NCBI RefSeq assembly: GCF_009914755.1
Contig: NC_060928.1
Origin: the human T2T-CHM13v2.0 reference genome, Homo sapiens
DNA: 64,000 nucleotides
Direction: 5' to 3' (one strand)
In this document: positions 1 through 16,317 of the stretch, piece by piece
Layout of the letters: each line of letters starts with the position of its first letter
How positions within the stretch are numbered: position 1 is the stretch's first letter
Notes under the pieces: generated by a model
The model's input: the letters and a program-made list of their open reading frames with translations, nothing else
Told to the model about the DNA's origin: nothing
Databases searched by the model: none
Position numbers and translations under genes: made by a program

Positions 1-235
<235 letters not shown>

Positions 236-311
236 TTATTTCACATATATTATCTAATTTCATAAAATCCCAGAATTTGAGCTGCTCAGGGAATATAGGT
301 GTTCTCTAACC

Positions 312-532
312 CAGGGTTTTTGAACCTCAGCCCTATTGATATTTGTGATAATTCTATGTTATGAGGGGCTGTCTTGTGTGTTTTCAGATGTTTCATAACA
401 TCCCTGTCCTCTACCCACTAGATGCAAAAGCCCCCTACCTCCACAATGTTGTGACAACCAGAAATGTCTCCAGACATTGCAAATCTGGGGGCAGGGGGTG
501 CGCATAAAATTGCTTTCTGTCGAGAATTACTG
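312..532 (-). mobile_element. MER20 (hAT-Charlie MITE)
   Basis: ctctacccactagatgc...gtgacaaccagaaatgtctccagacattgc matches the MER20 reverse complement. Confidence 0.8.
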
Positions 533-635
533 GTGGAGTCTATCTTGGAGCTGTGTAATATGATTATATACTGGCACACATGGTAGGTACTTTTTAAATA
601 GAGAAGAAGTTGTTATTTTCTACAGCCCTCCCTCA

Positions 636-824
<189 letters not shown>

Positions 825-1470
825 TCAAGGCTATCAAGACTGAGAAACGTGCAACATTTTTCAAGGGTTTGAGGTAAGTGTCTCTGTGATACAATAATAC
901 TCATTTAATTTGGTTGAAACACTATCAATTTAATTTTCAGACAAAACAACAGCTACCATAAAGGCTTGTTAAGAATGGTTCTGTTGTCTAATTGACTTGT
1001 CATCACAGCAAACTTGACAGGCCTGGGTCATAGAAACATCACTGCCGAAATCAGTCTAAAGCATCCAACTGTCTCATTTAAATTCCGACCCCGCTGCTAC
1101 ATGGACACATGAGAACTGCTGACAATCTGGTTTTTAAGACTTGGGCTGTTTTCAAATGTCATTACTGGTTTCTTCAATAATGCAATAACCCTTACTTAAA
1201 ATTTACAGTTTTTTTTTAAAGACATACTATGAACAATCACTGAAAATGGGCTTCTGGGATACAGTCAATTCACTGGTACTAAAGTCAGCATCTGTACAGG
1301 TCTGTAGGCAAAAGGCAATGATGTGGTAAAATAAATGATTAAACAATATTTGCATATGAATTGATTCATTCCCTCGCTCATTCAAACACTAATTGAGCAC
1401 TGGCTGCGTATGAGGCTGTGCTAGATGCTTGGGGATACAGTGGTGGCTACTGCATGTTCCTTGGAGTTCA

Positions 1471-2011
<541 letters not shown>

Positions 2012-2439
2012 CTAGGAAGTTCAGGCTGAGTCCTCAGTGAAAGAATGAGTAGCTCTTGCACCAGGAGTTTTATTTATTCAGAGGAATAGAAACGATTTTA
2101 TAAATTTGTTTATGAAGTATTCTGCTAAGCAAGCAGGAGGCCTGAGTAGTGTTTATAAGGGGACAAGAGACCGAAAACTCAGGAATTAAAAGCACGAGAT
2201 AAACCTGAAGTTCTGTATCTTGTCAGCCTTAGTCTAGCGTCCGCCAGGTCAAATCTACCGTCTATTATAAACATCCGCCTTTTCATAATACATAACACTA
2301 CTGCAGTTTTTTTTTTAAGCCTTTTTTCTACAATTAGAATGTAAACTTTGAGAGAGCAGAATTTATGTCTCTTCTTGGTTATCATAAACTCCTCAAAGCT
2401 TGACACTTAAAAGACAATAAATATTTGTCAAATAATTAA

Positions 2440-2757
<318 letters not shown>

Positions 2758-3664
2758 CATTTCCTTCTTAATAACATAATTAATAGCGATAAATACTTAA
2801 AGATTACTTATTTTTGTACAAGGCACTGTGCTAGAAATGGGTGGGAGGGAACATAAAAAACCATATAAGATTGTTCAGCCCTAGGAGGTCACAAAACTTC
2901 CTTCAACAAACATTGATTGAGTGCCAAAATGAAGACAGTGGCTTAGTAAAGTGCACAAGCAAGGATGGACTGTGGGCCAAGACAGACTTCAGGGAATAAG
3001 CCAGCTATCACATGTAGCCGAGGATTGAAAATCTGCACATTTCTTGTTTAATTATATTTAGAGACAGATGGAAATTATGCAGCAGTAGAAGTTCTACTTA
3101 TCCTCTTACACTTAGAACTAATTATGTTATCATATGCCATGTTATTGCCAATGCAATACACAATGATGTTAAATAATTGATTAAGATGATGAAGATGAAC
3201 TCCATTTTATTGAACATCTTTATGAGTGAGACCTTCTGCTGACTGTCAGCAGTTAGCACCATGAGAGAATTTCAGAGGAGGATACTGTCCCACCCCATGT
3301 CTAGTATTTCTGGAGAAGTGGCTGGAGAGTGTATTTCACTTACATGCTAAGAACAGAGCAGCGCTAAAAGAGAATAGCCAGCTTAAATGCAATCCTCCCT
3401 ACAGGGAAGGAGATGAATTAGAAATAATCTCTCTTGTTCTTTGCTCTCAGAGGTCAAATTTTTTTTTTTAAAAAAAGAAAGAAATAATCTCTCCAAGAGT
3501 TTCCTTAATGTATGGTTTTAAAACTCCCAAGTTAATGATAGTTAACTATTTTTTTGAACACGTATGTGTAATTTGATTTCTCATGACATTTCTATGAGTG
3601 GAAATTTTAAATGTGGGCTCTAGAGTACGGGGTAGACGCCTGCTGGAGACCTGCACATTTGACT

Positions 3665-3848
3665 CCCTGGCTGTTTTAATAAAGTTTTGTTGGCACATAA
3701 TCCACAGCCATTCGTTTACATATAGTCTGTGGCTGCATTTATGGGGACGGTGGCAGAGTTGAGTTAAGTAGCAGCAGAGATGATACGGCCTATGAAATCT
3801 AAAGTGTTTACTGTCTGGACCTTTACTGCAAACATTTGCCAACCTCTG
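3665..3848 (+). mobile_element. MER58A-like (hAT-Charlie)
   Basis: aataaagttttgttggcaca...gccattcgtttacatatagtctgtggctgc...tttactgtctggacctttac...tttgccaacctctg. Confidence 0.75.
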
Positions 3849-3859
3849 CTCTAAAGTCA

Positions 3860-4075
3860 GATTTCCTGGGTTTGAGCCCTAGCTCTTCAGCTGTGTAGCT
3901 GTGTGACACATTGGTAAACTAACTATTTAAAATCCTGATTCCTCATTATCGTCACCTGCAAAATGAGACTAGTAATAATTATCGCTATCTCAAAGCATCA
4001 CTGTGAGGAATAAATGAGATAGCCAAGGGCTTAGAATGAAGCTAAGTAAGGGTGTGATCAGTGTTAGCTATTAGT
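3860..4075. mobile_element. MIR SINE fragment
   Basis: cctgggtttgagccctagctc...cacctgcaaaatgagact...gtgaggaataaatgagat. Confidence 0.65.
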
Positions 4076-4082
4076 GCCCCCT

Positions 4083-4412
4083 TTTAATTTTTTTATTATT
4101 TATTTATTTACTTACTTTTATTCATTTATTTTTTGAGATGGAGTCTCACTCTGTCACCCAGGTTGGAGTGCAGTGGCACCATCTCAGCTCACTGCAATCT
4201 CCGCCTCCTGGGTTCAAGCGAATCCTGCCTCAGCCTCTCGAGTAGCTGGGACTATAGACAAGTGCCGCCATGCCCGGGTAATTTTTTTGTATCTTTAGTA
4301 CAGACAGGGTTTTGCCATGTTGGCCAGGCTGGTCTCGACCTCCTGACCTCAGGTGATCCGCCCACCTCAGCCTCCCAAAGTGCTGAAATTATGTGGTGGC
4401 TCACGCCTGGCC
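4083..4412 (-). mobile_element. AluS
   Basis: Antisense dimer with a rearranged 5' end. Confidence 0.88.
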
Positions 4413-4899
4413 ATACTGCCCCTTTTTAAAGATCAGGAGATTGAGGGTATCAAATAACTTGACCCAACTTACAGAATTGAAATGTAGGTCAATCTGATGA
4501 CAAAGCCAAAGCTCTTTCTACCATGATACTCATTCTTTGCTACTTACTTACTTACAGCAGGTTTAGCAATAGCCAGTGTTAACAGGATAAGACCACGATT
4601 GGTGAGAAATGGACATTGGCTGATAGAGTGGAAGGAATTTCCAGTACAGACACATGGTAAAGTTGTTGGGAAATCATTACTTTCTACCATCCCCATCGCT
4701 TCCCCTCTGCACTCTCCCCACCACTCTTCTAAGCTTTCAAAGAGTTCTGCAAACTGTCCCATAGCCTATTTCTGGCTCTTTGTAAAGGAGTTAACATATT
4801 CAAACTATGTTTTTAGACTTAAAAACCTATGGAATTAAATTCTTAAATGGAAATGTTGAAGGACTAGAATTCACGTAATCGCAATGTTCAAGTGAGAAC

Positions 4900-5095
4900 A
4901 TGGGACTGTGATGAGGCAGTGATTCCACGCCCAGGCTCTGGAGCCAGACTGCCTCGCTTCCTATCTCTTGACTGTACTACTTGAAAAACAAATGCCATCA
5001 CACAAGTCACTTTCTCTCCTTGAGCCTCAGCTTCACCATCTATAAAATGGTGATAATATTATCATTAACATTGTTGGGAGGATTAAAAAGTACCT
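4900..5095. mobile_element. MIR SINE fragment
   Basis: ggctctggagccagactgcct...gagcctcagcttcaccatctataaaatgg...gggaggattaaa. Confidence 0.7.
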
Positions 5096-5099
5096 GGCT

Positions 5100-5404
5100 G
5101 GTTGGGCGTGGTGGCTGAAGCCTATAATCCCAGCACTTTGGGAGGCTGAGGTGAGAAGCTTGCTTGAGCTCAGGAGTTCCAGACCAGTCTGGGCAACATA
5201 GTGAGACCCTGTCTCTACAAAAAATACAAAAATTAGCCAGGTGTGGTGGCTCCAGCTACTCAGGAGGCGGAGGTGGGAGGATTGCTTCAGCCTAGGAGGT
5301 TAAGGCTGCAATGAGCCGTGATTGCATCACTGCACTCCGGTCTGAGCAACAGAGGGTAACCCTGCCTCATAGCAAACAAACAAAAAGAAACAAAAAAGAA
5401 AAAA
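5100..5404 (+). mobile_element. AluJ
   Basis: J-type motifs; TSD aaaaagtacctggct. Confidence 0.85.
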
Positions 5405-6160
5405 GTACCTGGCTACAGTAAATGCTCAAGGCCCTTTGTTATTATTTCAGATGGTCAAGAATAAATGTTTTTCAAGGATCTTCTTTTTGTAGACAACTGT
5501 GTAGTCACAGTTTAGAGTCGTAAATTATCTGCCTGGCAAGATACTTTTTAAAATTAAAATGTAAAGAACCTGAGGGGATTCACTCCCAAATGTTTATGGA
5601 CAAACTGAAAGGGCATTTACACAGATATTACCTTCTACATTTATGTGAGAAAGTGCTTTAAGACACTGTACATGTGAAATGTGTAGTTATAATGGCTACT
5701 ACTATGTTCTCTTTTATATTTTCTAATTATGTAAGTATTATGTTCTTTTTATCACTACTTTGTATTCCTGCACGGGAGCTTTGTGCCTACCCATTGAATG
5801 TAGTAGGCCCTAAATATTGCCTGTTAACTAATTATGGTGTCATATACCATGTTAAAATTAAAATATTACAATTACTGAAGCAGGTTTAAGAGAGAAACCC
5901 GGGCATAATATTCTTAGAAAAACTTTATGTGCCAGAAGTTGAATATATGAACTGGTAGTTTGATGCATGATTACTTTTTAATTATAAAAGTCATCTTTAA
6001 TTGCAAAAAATTCATAATAGTGTTCTTTTAGATAGGAAATTTCCTGTGTTGTTAAGAATATGATTCAAGTTACTGAGAATTTATAGATATATATTTCCTG
6101 TACATACTATTCCTATATATCTATATATACCAACAATACTATACAAAAGTATTAGTCCCA

Positions 6161-6517
<357 letters not shown>

Positions 6518-6757
6518 CAGCCTCATTTTCTTGATGGAGAAACTGAGAAGGAGGGCGATCATGTGCTTACTTCAAAATCACAATTAGATAATGGCAAATT
6601 TGTGATTGTAATTTTATAAAGATGCCTTATCTTTGGGGTGATACTTTATAATTTAACTTCTTTTTGGCAGTAGAGTTGTTTTATATCCAAAACCAAACCA
6701 AACCCAGAGAGTCCAAATATAAAAGATAGAATTTTAAAAAATTTTAAAATTTGTGGG

Positions 6758-7066
6758 GGTCGGGCGTGGTGGCTCACGCCTGTAATCCCAGCACTTTTGG
6801 AGGCCAAGTGGAGCGGATCACCTGAGATCAGGAGTTCAAGACCAGCCTGGCCAACATGGTGAAATCCCATCTCTACTAAAAAATACAAAAATTAGCCGGG
6901 CGTGGTGGCCTGGTGCCTGTAATCCCAACTACTTGGGAGGCTGAGACAGGGAGAATCACTTGAACCCAGGAGGCAGAGATTGCAGTGAGCCAAGATAGTG
7001 CCACTGCACTCCAGCCTGGGTGACAGAGTGAGACTCCATCTCAAAAAAAAAAAAAAACAAAAAAAA
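6758..7066 (+). mobile_element. AluS
   Basis: Full dimer. Confidence 0.9.
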
Positions 7067-7096
7067 GGCATTTTAAAATTTGTGTGTAAAAGGCTG

Positions 7097-7353
7097 TTTA
7101 CTCAGGGTGGAATGTAGTGACACGATCTCAGCTCACTGCAACCTCCACCTCCCAGGTTCAAGTGATTTTCGTGCCTCAGCCTGGGATTACAGGTGCATAC
7201 CACCACGCCCAGCTAATTTTTTTTTGTATTTTTAGTACAGACAGGGTTTCACCATGCTGGCCAGGCTGGTCTTGAACTCCTAACGTCAAGTGATCCACTG
7301 GCCTTAGCCTCCCAAAGTGCTGGGATTAGAGGCATGAGTCACTGTGCCCAGCC
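7097..7353 (-). mobile_element. AluS (tail-less)
   Basis: Antisense dimer lacking poly(T). Confidence 0.85.
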
Positions 7354-7464
7354 AAGGGTATTTTTCATTCGTTAAACTTCTTAAATTTTACTATCACATT
7401 GGGGATTAAGTTTAAAAAAATTTTCTTAAATTTATGCTCAAACAGATTTAGAAAGTGAACTTTT

Positions 7465-7610
7465 TGCTGGGTGTGCTGTCCTAGCACTTTGGGAAGCTGA
7501 GGTAGGTGGATCACCTGAGCCTTGGAGTTTGAGACCAACCTGGGCAACATAATGAGACCCCACCTCTAATAAAGTCAAATAAAATTAAATAAAACAAAAT
7601 AAAACAAAAT
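7465..7610 (+). mobile_element. Alu left monomer (FLAM-like)
   Basis: Single arm; TSD gaaagtgaac. Confidence 0.75.
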
Positions 7611-9037
7611 GAAAGTGAACGTTCCCAAACATAAACTTACAGTCATTATAATGGTGTGTGAATGCTAGTCTTCTCCTCCTAATTTGAAACTATATTAGTA
7701 GTTTGCAAGTAGTAGTTATATAGTAACAGTATGGTCTATTATTACTGTGTTATATTACACATGAATACATGTACAATATGCACCTTCTGGTGGTATGTCA
7801 AATAGTAGTATACAAAAATAACATAGGTCTTTTTGTAAAACAAATGACAAATTGCCTGTCCTGAAACAAAGGCTCTGAAACAGACTGACATAGTCAAACA
7901 TTAGCTTCAGTTTTAGGTGTGACCTTCTGCTTTTATTTGGTGAACATTAGTCATTTCAGTTGCAACTAGGAAACAATATCTGCTACTATAGAAAAAAACA
8001 GATCCTGATTATGTTGATGTCATGTTCATTGACCAGTTATCTCAAGGCAATAATTATAGTAGAATAGCATTCGCCCAGGAATACTCTCAACATTGAAAAA
8101 GTCATGAGTTAAAATACTTTCTTCTATAAATGTTTAAGTTTAATGTGGGGTATTTTGGAAGCTAAAAATATTTTCAAAATCAACTATATTTATGACAATA
8201 TGACCATAGTAGGCTGTTTATGAGAAAATATAAAAAAGGAAGTGAACTTTCTGGTGGGGGATCACTTAAAGACAAAATGCATTAAATACAACTTTAATCC
8301 AGAAAATATGTGTTCTTTTTATTCATTGCATTGTTTCAATGTTGTTCCACCTTTCCAGCTCTGGTGATAATTGTTTTTTTTTCCCCCTTTTCTTTTCTTC
8401 CTTTTTTGGGTACACAGTGAAAAACAAAAAAAGATAGCTTAAAAAACAGGTCCTTCTGCAAACATACGGCGAAGGTTAAACTCTAATACCCCATGGCTTG
8501 TTTACTTTAAAAATTTGGAAAAGTAAGCACCATGAGTTCATTGATATGAGTAGGAACCTGCGTCATCCTGTGGTATTTGTGAATATTGTGGGCTCTTTTA
8601 TCAATTTCATTTGTTTCTAAGTCTTTCCAAAGAACTCTATTAGAAATGAGACCATCTGAGACAGGTCCTTTAACACAGAAAAAGTAAAATTCGCCTTCTA
8701 TTATGAAGTGATTTTAGATATTAAAGGCTCTTTCCACTTCTTTATGCATTGTTTGAAATGTCTTAGAAAAGTTAAAACAATAGTGTTTATAGTTTATTTT
8801 ATTAGCTACACTTGAAGCATCTCAAAGGCAGTGATGCTTATTTTATCCCCAGTGCCTGGCACTGAATGAATGTTTGAATAAAAGAATGAATGGATAGAAG
8901 AATGAATGAATGTGCACTGTCTTTTGCAAGAAACATGGTAGGACAAAGCTACAAAAAGAGTTTCCTTTTATAACTAACATCCACCAAATTGCTTTGGACA
9001 TTTTTTTCACGTATCTATTTACTAAGTTTTGTGGGAG

Positions 9038-9218
9038 AGCCGTGCATGGGGGTGCATGCCTGAAATCCCAGCTACTGGGGAGGGTGAGGTGGGAGGATTG
9101 CTTGAGCCTAGGAGTTCAAGGCTGCATTGAGCTATGATTGTGCCACTGCACTCCAGCCTGGGCAACAGAGCAAGACCCTATCTCTAAAAAAAATTAATAA
9201 TAAAAATAATTTAAAAAA
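9038..9218 (+). mobile_element. Alu right monomer (FRAM-like)
   Basis: Single right arm with A-rich tail. Confidence 0.8.
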
Positions 9219-9350
9219 ACTTTTGTGGTTTACCTGCATATAGAACTGGGTACAAATAGTCATACCCAGGTACTATCTGGTGGTATTTCTGCATGGCCGA
9301 AAGGAGCCCATCAAAGAATGAATAGGCCAGCTTTGGTACAGGAGTTGGCA

Positions 9351-9674
9351 TTTCTTTCTTTCTTCTTTCTTTTTTTGAGACAGAGTTTCATTCTTGTTGC
9401 TAAGGCTGGTGTGCAATAGTGTAATGGCGCTATCTTGGCTCACCACAGCCTCTGCCTCCGCCTCCCAGGTTCAAGCAATTCTCCTGCCTCAGCCTCCCGG
9501 GTAGCTGGGATTATAGGCATGTGCCACCATGCCTATAGCTAATTTTGTATTTTTAGTAGAGACGGGGTTTCACCACGTTGGTCAGGCTGGTCTCAAATTC
9601 CCAACCTCAGGTGATCCACCCGCCTCGGCCTCTCAAAGTGCTGGGATTACAGGCCTGAGCCACCACGCCTGGCC
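9351..9674 (-). mobile_element. AluSp/Sq
   Basis: gagtttcattcttgttgc and ctcaccac diagnostics. Confidence 0.88.
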
Positions 9675-9898
9675 AGGAGCTGGCATTTCTAACACATGCC
9701 CAGGCATCGGGAATGTCACATGGAAAAGCCACACCAACCCCTAATGGATTATATTGAATGCCAATGTTAATATCCCTTGAGCCGTCTTGGTAAAGTAGGT
9801 ACTGGCCAGGGAGCTATAAAATTTCCATCACTGTTTTTTTTTTTTTCTTTTTTCTTTTGGCCTTAACTGATATGCTTAGCTTCTGCTATACTGTCTCA

Positions 9899-10598
<700 letters not shown>

Positions 10599-11265
10599 TT
10601 AGAGACAATTGGAAATTCTTACAAATTTAAATAAAAAGCACAACTACATTAATTAAAGAAACTCAAGAAATATGCACTTAAATTAAGAATGGAAATGAAC
10701 AGAAAATACATATCTAGAGTTTCACTGAACCTAGAGTATTTAAAATGAAAAATTCAGGTGTCAGGAAATTTATGATTTCCCAGGTCTACTAAACTCCTGG
10801 AACAATTGTTGGCATTTAATTGCTATTCATGTCTCGCGTACTCTGTACTTTCACTGAGTGCACTTGGAGTTAATATTTCAATTAAAAAACTAATACATCA
10901 GTAAAAACGCCCAGATTTGAGCTAATCATTTATTCTCAGGCTCACAGGGAAATACTGGATATTCTTCGAGTTAATAAAGTGTGAAATGATTTTAATTATT
11001 CAAGGGAAATATAGTATACCAGTCTTGCAAATGGTTTTTTTAGACAGCATGGTCTGTCTTATCCCATCCTACATCAGAAAATTTAATTGGCTTAGTTATT
11101 TCCTCTTTCCCAAATCCCTTTTTATGGCAAAGAGAAAATGAGGACCTACAGCAGCCCACGTTGCTGAGGACCTAAACCAGTCCCTGTGAAAACCAAAACA
11201 GGGATGGGCTGGATTTCAGTTTGTTTCTCATAGGTTCCGAAGTCAGAGTTTTAAAAGATTTAACA

Positions 11266-11584
<319 letters not shown>

Positions 11585-12384
11585 TTATTTGGAATTTGGA
11601 CAGCCAACTGCCAATGTCAAGCATTCCAATGTTGAGAGCCTAATACAGAATCTTGTTCATGTGGGGAGACCTCTGAGACCCTGAGTTGCATTAGCATGGC
11701 ACTACTGTCATCTCCAAGCCCGTCAGAGAACAGCGCCCGTCCAGTGCAGACATTTGAAGCTAGGCGAGGCGGGTTACACAGCCTGGGGAGTCTTTGTACT
11801 TTTCAATATTCTCCAAGGGAAGTCTAGACAGGCTTCACATTTTGTTAAGTACAGCTAGGTTCTGTCCACAATAAAACAGAACTAGGACAACTGTTTTGGA
11901 AACATAGTTAGCACATAATTGTAGCTAATTTAGTTTTTTTCTCTGAAGCAGCATGAAAAGAAATTTGTTTTTGTACAAAAGATGTTTTTATCTTCTATAG
12001 CCCACAATTCCCAACAACAGAGTGTCCTCTCTCCTTCCCTCTGCTGCAAATATATGCACCTACATAACACCCACATGCACGTTTTTTTCTAGCCTAAGCC
12101 ACTATCTACCCCTGCTGTTCTCTTTTTGGGGATTTCTTCAAGCATATTTACAAAACACTTGCTGAGCCCAACTGCCGCCTCACTGCTGTATCCTAGTTAC
12201 ATGAGCCATCAGTTCCCCAAACGCTTGCTTTCACCTGTCTGTTGGGAAACCACCTAAGCCTATACGAGGAAGAAAAATCATTCAGAACAAATGTTGGCTT
12301 GAATACTCATGTCGTTTTCTTAACTGCTTGATACAGGCTTTCACCGAGATTTGGTGGGAATCAAAAGTACATCTTTAAAAGAAT

Positions 12385-13150
12385 CCTGGCCTTTACCTTA
12401 CACTATATATAAAAATAAACTCAAATAGATCAAAGACCTAAATGTAAGAGCTAAAACTATAAGACTTGGAAGAAAATACAGGGGCAAACTTTCATGATAC
12501 TGGATTTGGCAATGATTTTTTGGACAACCCCAAAAGCACAGCAACAAAAGAAAAAATAGATAAAGTAAACTTAATCGAAATTAATAACTTTTGTGCACCA
12601 AAGGACACTGTCAAGAGAGTGAAAAGGCAACCCACAGTGTAGGAGAAAATATGTGCAAATCATGTCTGATAAGGAATTGATATTCAGAACATATAAAGAA
12701 CTACAACTCAATAACAAAAAGCAAACAAGCTAATTTAAAAATGGTCAAAAAAGTTGAACAGATATTTTTCCAAGGAAGATATACATTATACATCCGCAAA
12801 GATATACATTATACATCTGCATTACACATCTGCAAAGACCCTTGAAAAAATAAAGAAGACACACAGATGCCCCTTAAGGACATGAGAAGATGCTCAACAT
12901 CATTCATCATTAGGGAAATGCAAATCAAAGCCACCATGATATACCGCTTCACACTCACTGTGATGGCAATTATCAAAAAAACAAAACCACAAGTGTTGGT
13001 GAGAATGTGGAGAAACTGGAACCCTTGTGCACTGCTGGTGGGAATGTATAATGGTGCAGCTTCTGTGGGAAAAAGTATGGTGGTGCTTCAAAAATATAAT
13101 CATAATAAACAGAAGTACCACATGAGCCAGCAGCTTCTCCTGATGCACAG
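12385..13150 (+). mobile_element. Old L1 (L1M-type) ORF2 3' fragment
   Basis: aagacctaaatgtaagagctaaaactataa...caaaagcacagcaacaaaag...gggaaatgcaaatcaaagccaccatg; ORF 12867-13175 is a degenerate ORF2 C-terminus (REMQIK...). Confidence 0.88.
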
Positions 13151-13335
13151 TGCAAGAAATGAACATAAGTGGTAATAATAAATATTCAGTGAATGAATGT
13201 AGGCCTCACATATCTTTTTCCCATAGAGAGATTGAGGTTGGTAAGTAATAACAGATCTGGTGACACTGTCTTCTACTTTAGAGACCTGATATTGGCTAGA
13301 GGTGGGGTAGGTAAAGGGGAGGGAATAGGCTTTTA

Positions 13336-13415
13336 TTAGGTTGGTGCAAAAGTGATTGCAGTTTTTGTCGTTACATTTAATGGCAAAAACTGCAATTACT
13401 TTTGCACCAACCTAA
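13336..13415. mobile_element. MADE1 (Hsmar1-derived 80-bp palindromic MITE)
   Basis: TTAGGTTGGTGCAAAAGTGATTGCAGTTTTTG...CAAAAACTGCAATTACTTTTGCACCAACCTAA, full length. Confidence 0.92.
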
Positions 13416-13868
13416 ATATTTTTTGAGTATCTATAAAAATATTTCTGGTTTTAAAATCTTCCTAAATTGGTAATACAGTTTTTACATGTGCCCTGTGAAA
13501 CGCACATTGCCATATATGATGCGTGGGGATAGGTGGGAAGGTGGGTAAAATTTGCTGTTTCTGAAAGAGTTGGACAATATCAAGAGCTTTACAGTGTTCA
13601 TTAGTCAATTCTCATTAGCCCAATGATTCCATTTATAGACATGTATAATCAAATACCCAAGCAAAGATTTACATTCAAATCTGTTTACTGAAGTTCTATT
13701 TATAATACAATGCAATGAACATAATAGTATATATTTACACGTAATGTAATAAACACAAATATTCAATGGTATAAAAATGGTCAATAAATCGTGGCATAGC
13801 CACAGCTTAGAGTACCTGTTTAATGTTCTCAGCTATTTTAACTTTGCTAAATAATATTTAAAGATATG

Positions 13869-14215
13869 CGGTAGTCCCCCTTCATCTGAGGAGGACCTGT
13901 TCCAAGACCCCCAGTGGATGCCTGAAACCTCTGATAGTAATGAACCCTATATATACTGTTTTTTCCTATACATATTTACATATATAATACATACCTATGA
14001 TTAAGTTTAATTTATAAATTAGGCACAGTAAGAGATTAACAACAACAATAATAAAATGTAACAATTATAGCAATACTCTAATAATAAAGTTATGTGAGTG
14101 TGGTCTCTCTCTCTGTCTCAAAATATCATACTGTATGCCTCTATTTTGGGAATACAGTTGACAACGGGTAACTGAAACCGAGAAAAGTGAAACTGCAGAT
14201 GGGGGCTGACTACTG
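13869..14215 (-). mobile_element. MER44A (Tigger7-derived MITE)
   Basis: TIR-like ends (c)ggtagtccccc...gactactg; internal tccaagacccccagtggatgcctgaaacc and ttaggcacagtaagagattaac. Confidence 0.75.
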
Positions 14216-14235
14216 TATATGAAAATTAAACAATC

Positions 14236-14592
<357 letters not shown>

Positions 14593-14996
14593 TTATATTT
14601 GGATTGTGGGCTTATGGGTAGATTTTGTTACATTTTTCTATAATTTCCAGATTTCCTTCCATTAGTATACTTTTATAAGAAGAAAAAAATTACAATTAAA
14701 AAAATTTTGCTCTCTGAGTCCCTGAATTCAATGGACTAAATCCAAAACCCAGCCTAGGGAACATGAAGACAAAGTACCTATTTTCTCTCGCAGGGATTAT
14801 TGGGCACATCAGTGTCGCTGGCAGCCCCTCCCTGACACACCAATATCTACTGCCTCCACCTTCTGGAGCTATGTGAGGGCTGGGGTCCAAGGTCAGGGTG
14901 AAGCTAATCTTTCTCCTATCTTCCCTTCCTAGCACACACAAGATTATCGTCCATAGAATAATCTCACTCACTAGATCCATAGAAAGATCTCAGCTC

Positions 14997-15379
<383 letters not shown>

Positions 15380-15572
15380 TCAAAGTGCTTTTACATATGT
15401 TGTGGTTCTTTGGATCATCATGAATTGGGATGACAGTTATTTTTACCTCATATGACAGGCAAGGAAACAGAAACTTAGAGAAGGTATGAGGATTGATCAA
15501 AAATACAAGATACTATCACACTGAATCCTAGTCTAGTTTGTACCAAGAACCCAGCCTCGTGTCACACAATCA

Positions 15573-15915
<343 letters not shown>

Positions 15916-16194
15916 TACAGTTGACCTCTTTTTTGGGAGGTTAAGGGTCAGATTTATAAGCAACACATAGTTATATCTTGTCTCTTAAGTCACAAAGATG
16001 TAAAGTGTACAAAGACATAAAGGTTTATATTGAGGGTTCCAAATGACTTATCACGTTCTATATTCCACTAACGTTGCCACATGAACACACAACAGGTACA
16101 CATTGTCTAAGTAGCAGGTATCTTGGTTGAAAGGAATGAAAACTTATGTTCTTGCTTAAGTGGAAGGGAAAAGGACCAGAGGAAGTATACTCAC

Positions 16195-16317
16195 CAAAAC
16201 CACTAATTTGATTTGTCTGGTCCTTTATAAGTCGCAGAACGAGAGTATACAGGCAAATTCAGGCAGCTTCCTTGGGATTCCTCTGTTCAATTTTTGCAGT
16301 GCCCTTTGAGGCAAATC
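16195..16317 (-). other. RBM47: Non-coding 5'UTR exon (123 nt) of RBM47
   Basis: Minus strand reads ...ttctaaccatttcttttttaacccttag|GATTTGCCTC...TAGTGGTTTTG|gtgagt: branch-like CTAAC, polypyrimidine tract, AG acceptor and strong GTGAGT donor. No ATG inside. Confidence 0.9.

Noticed and set aside
4542-4560. GTAAGTAAGTAAGT tandem donor-like motif on the minus strand
   Set aside because: A short (TACT)n repeat; I found no convincing paired acceptor.
11710-11790. CpG-containing patch with GAACAGCGCC resembling a REST right half-site
   Set aside because: The left half (TCAGCACC) is missing at the proper spacing; too weak.
12867-13175. 103-codon ORF similar to L1 ORF2p
   Set aside because: Fragment of a decayed L1; flanking frames are disrupted.
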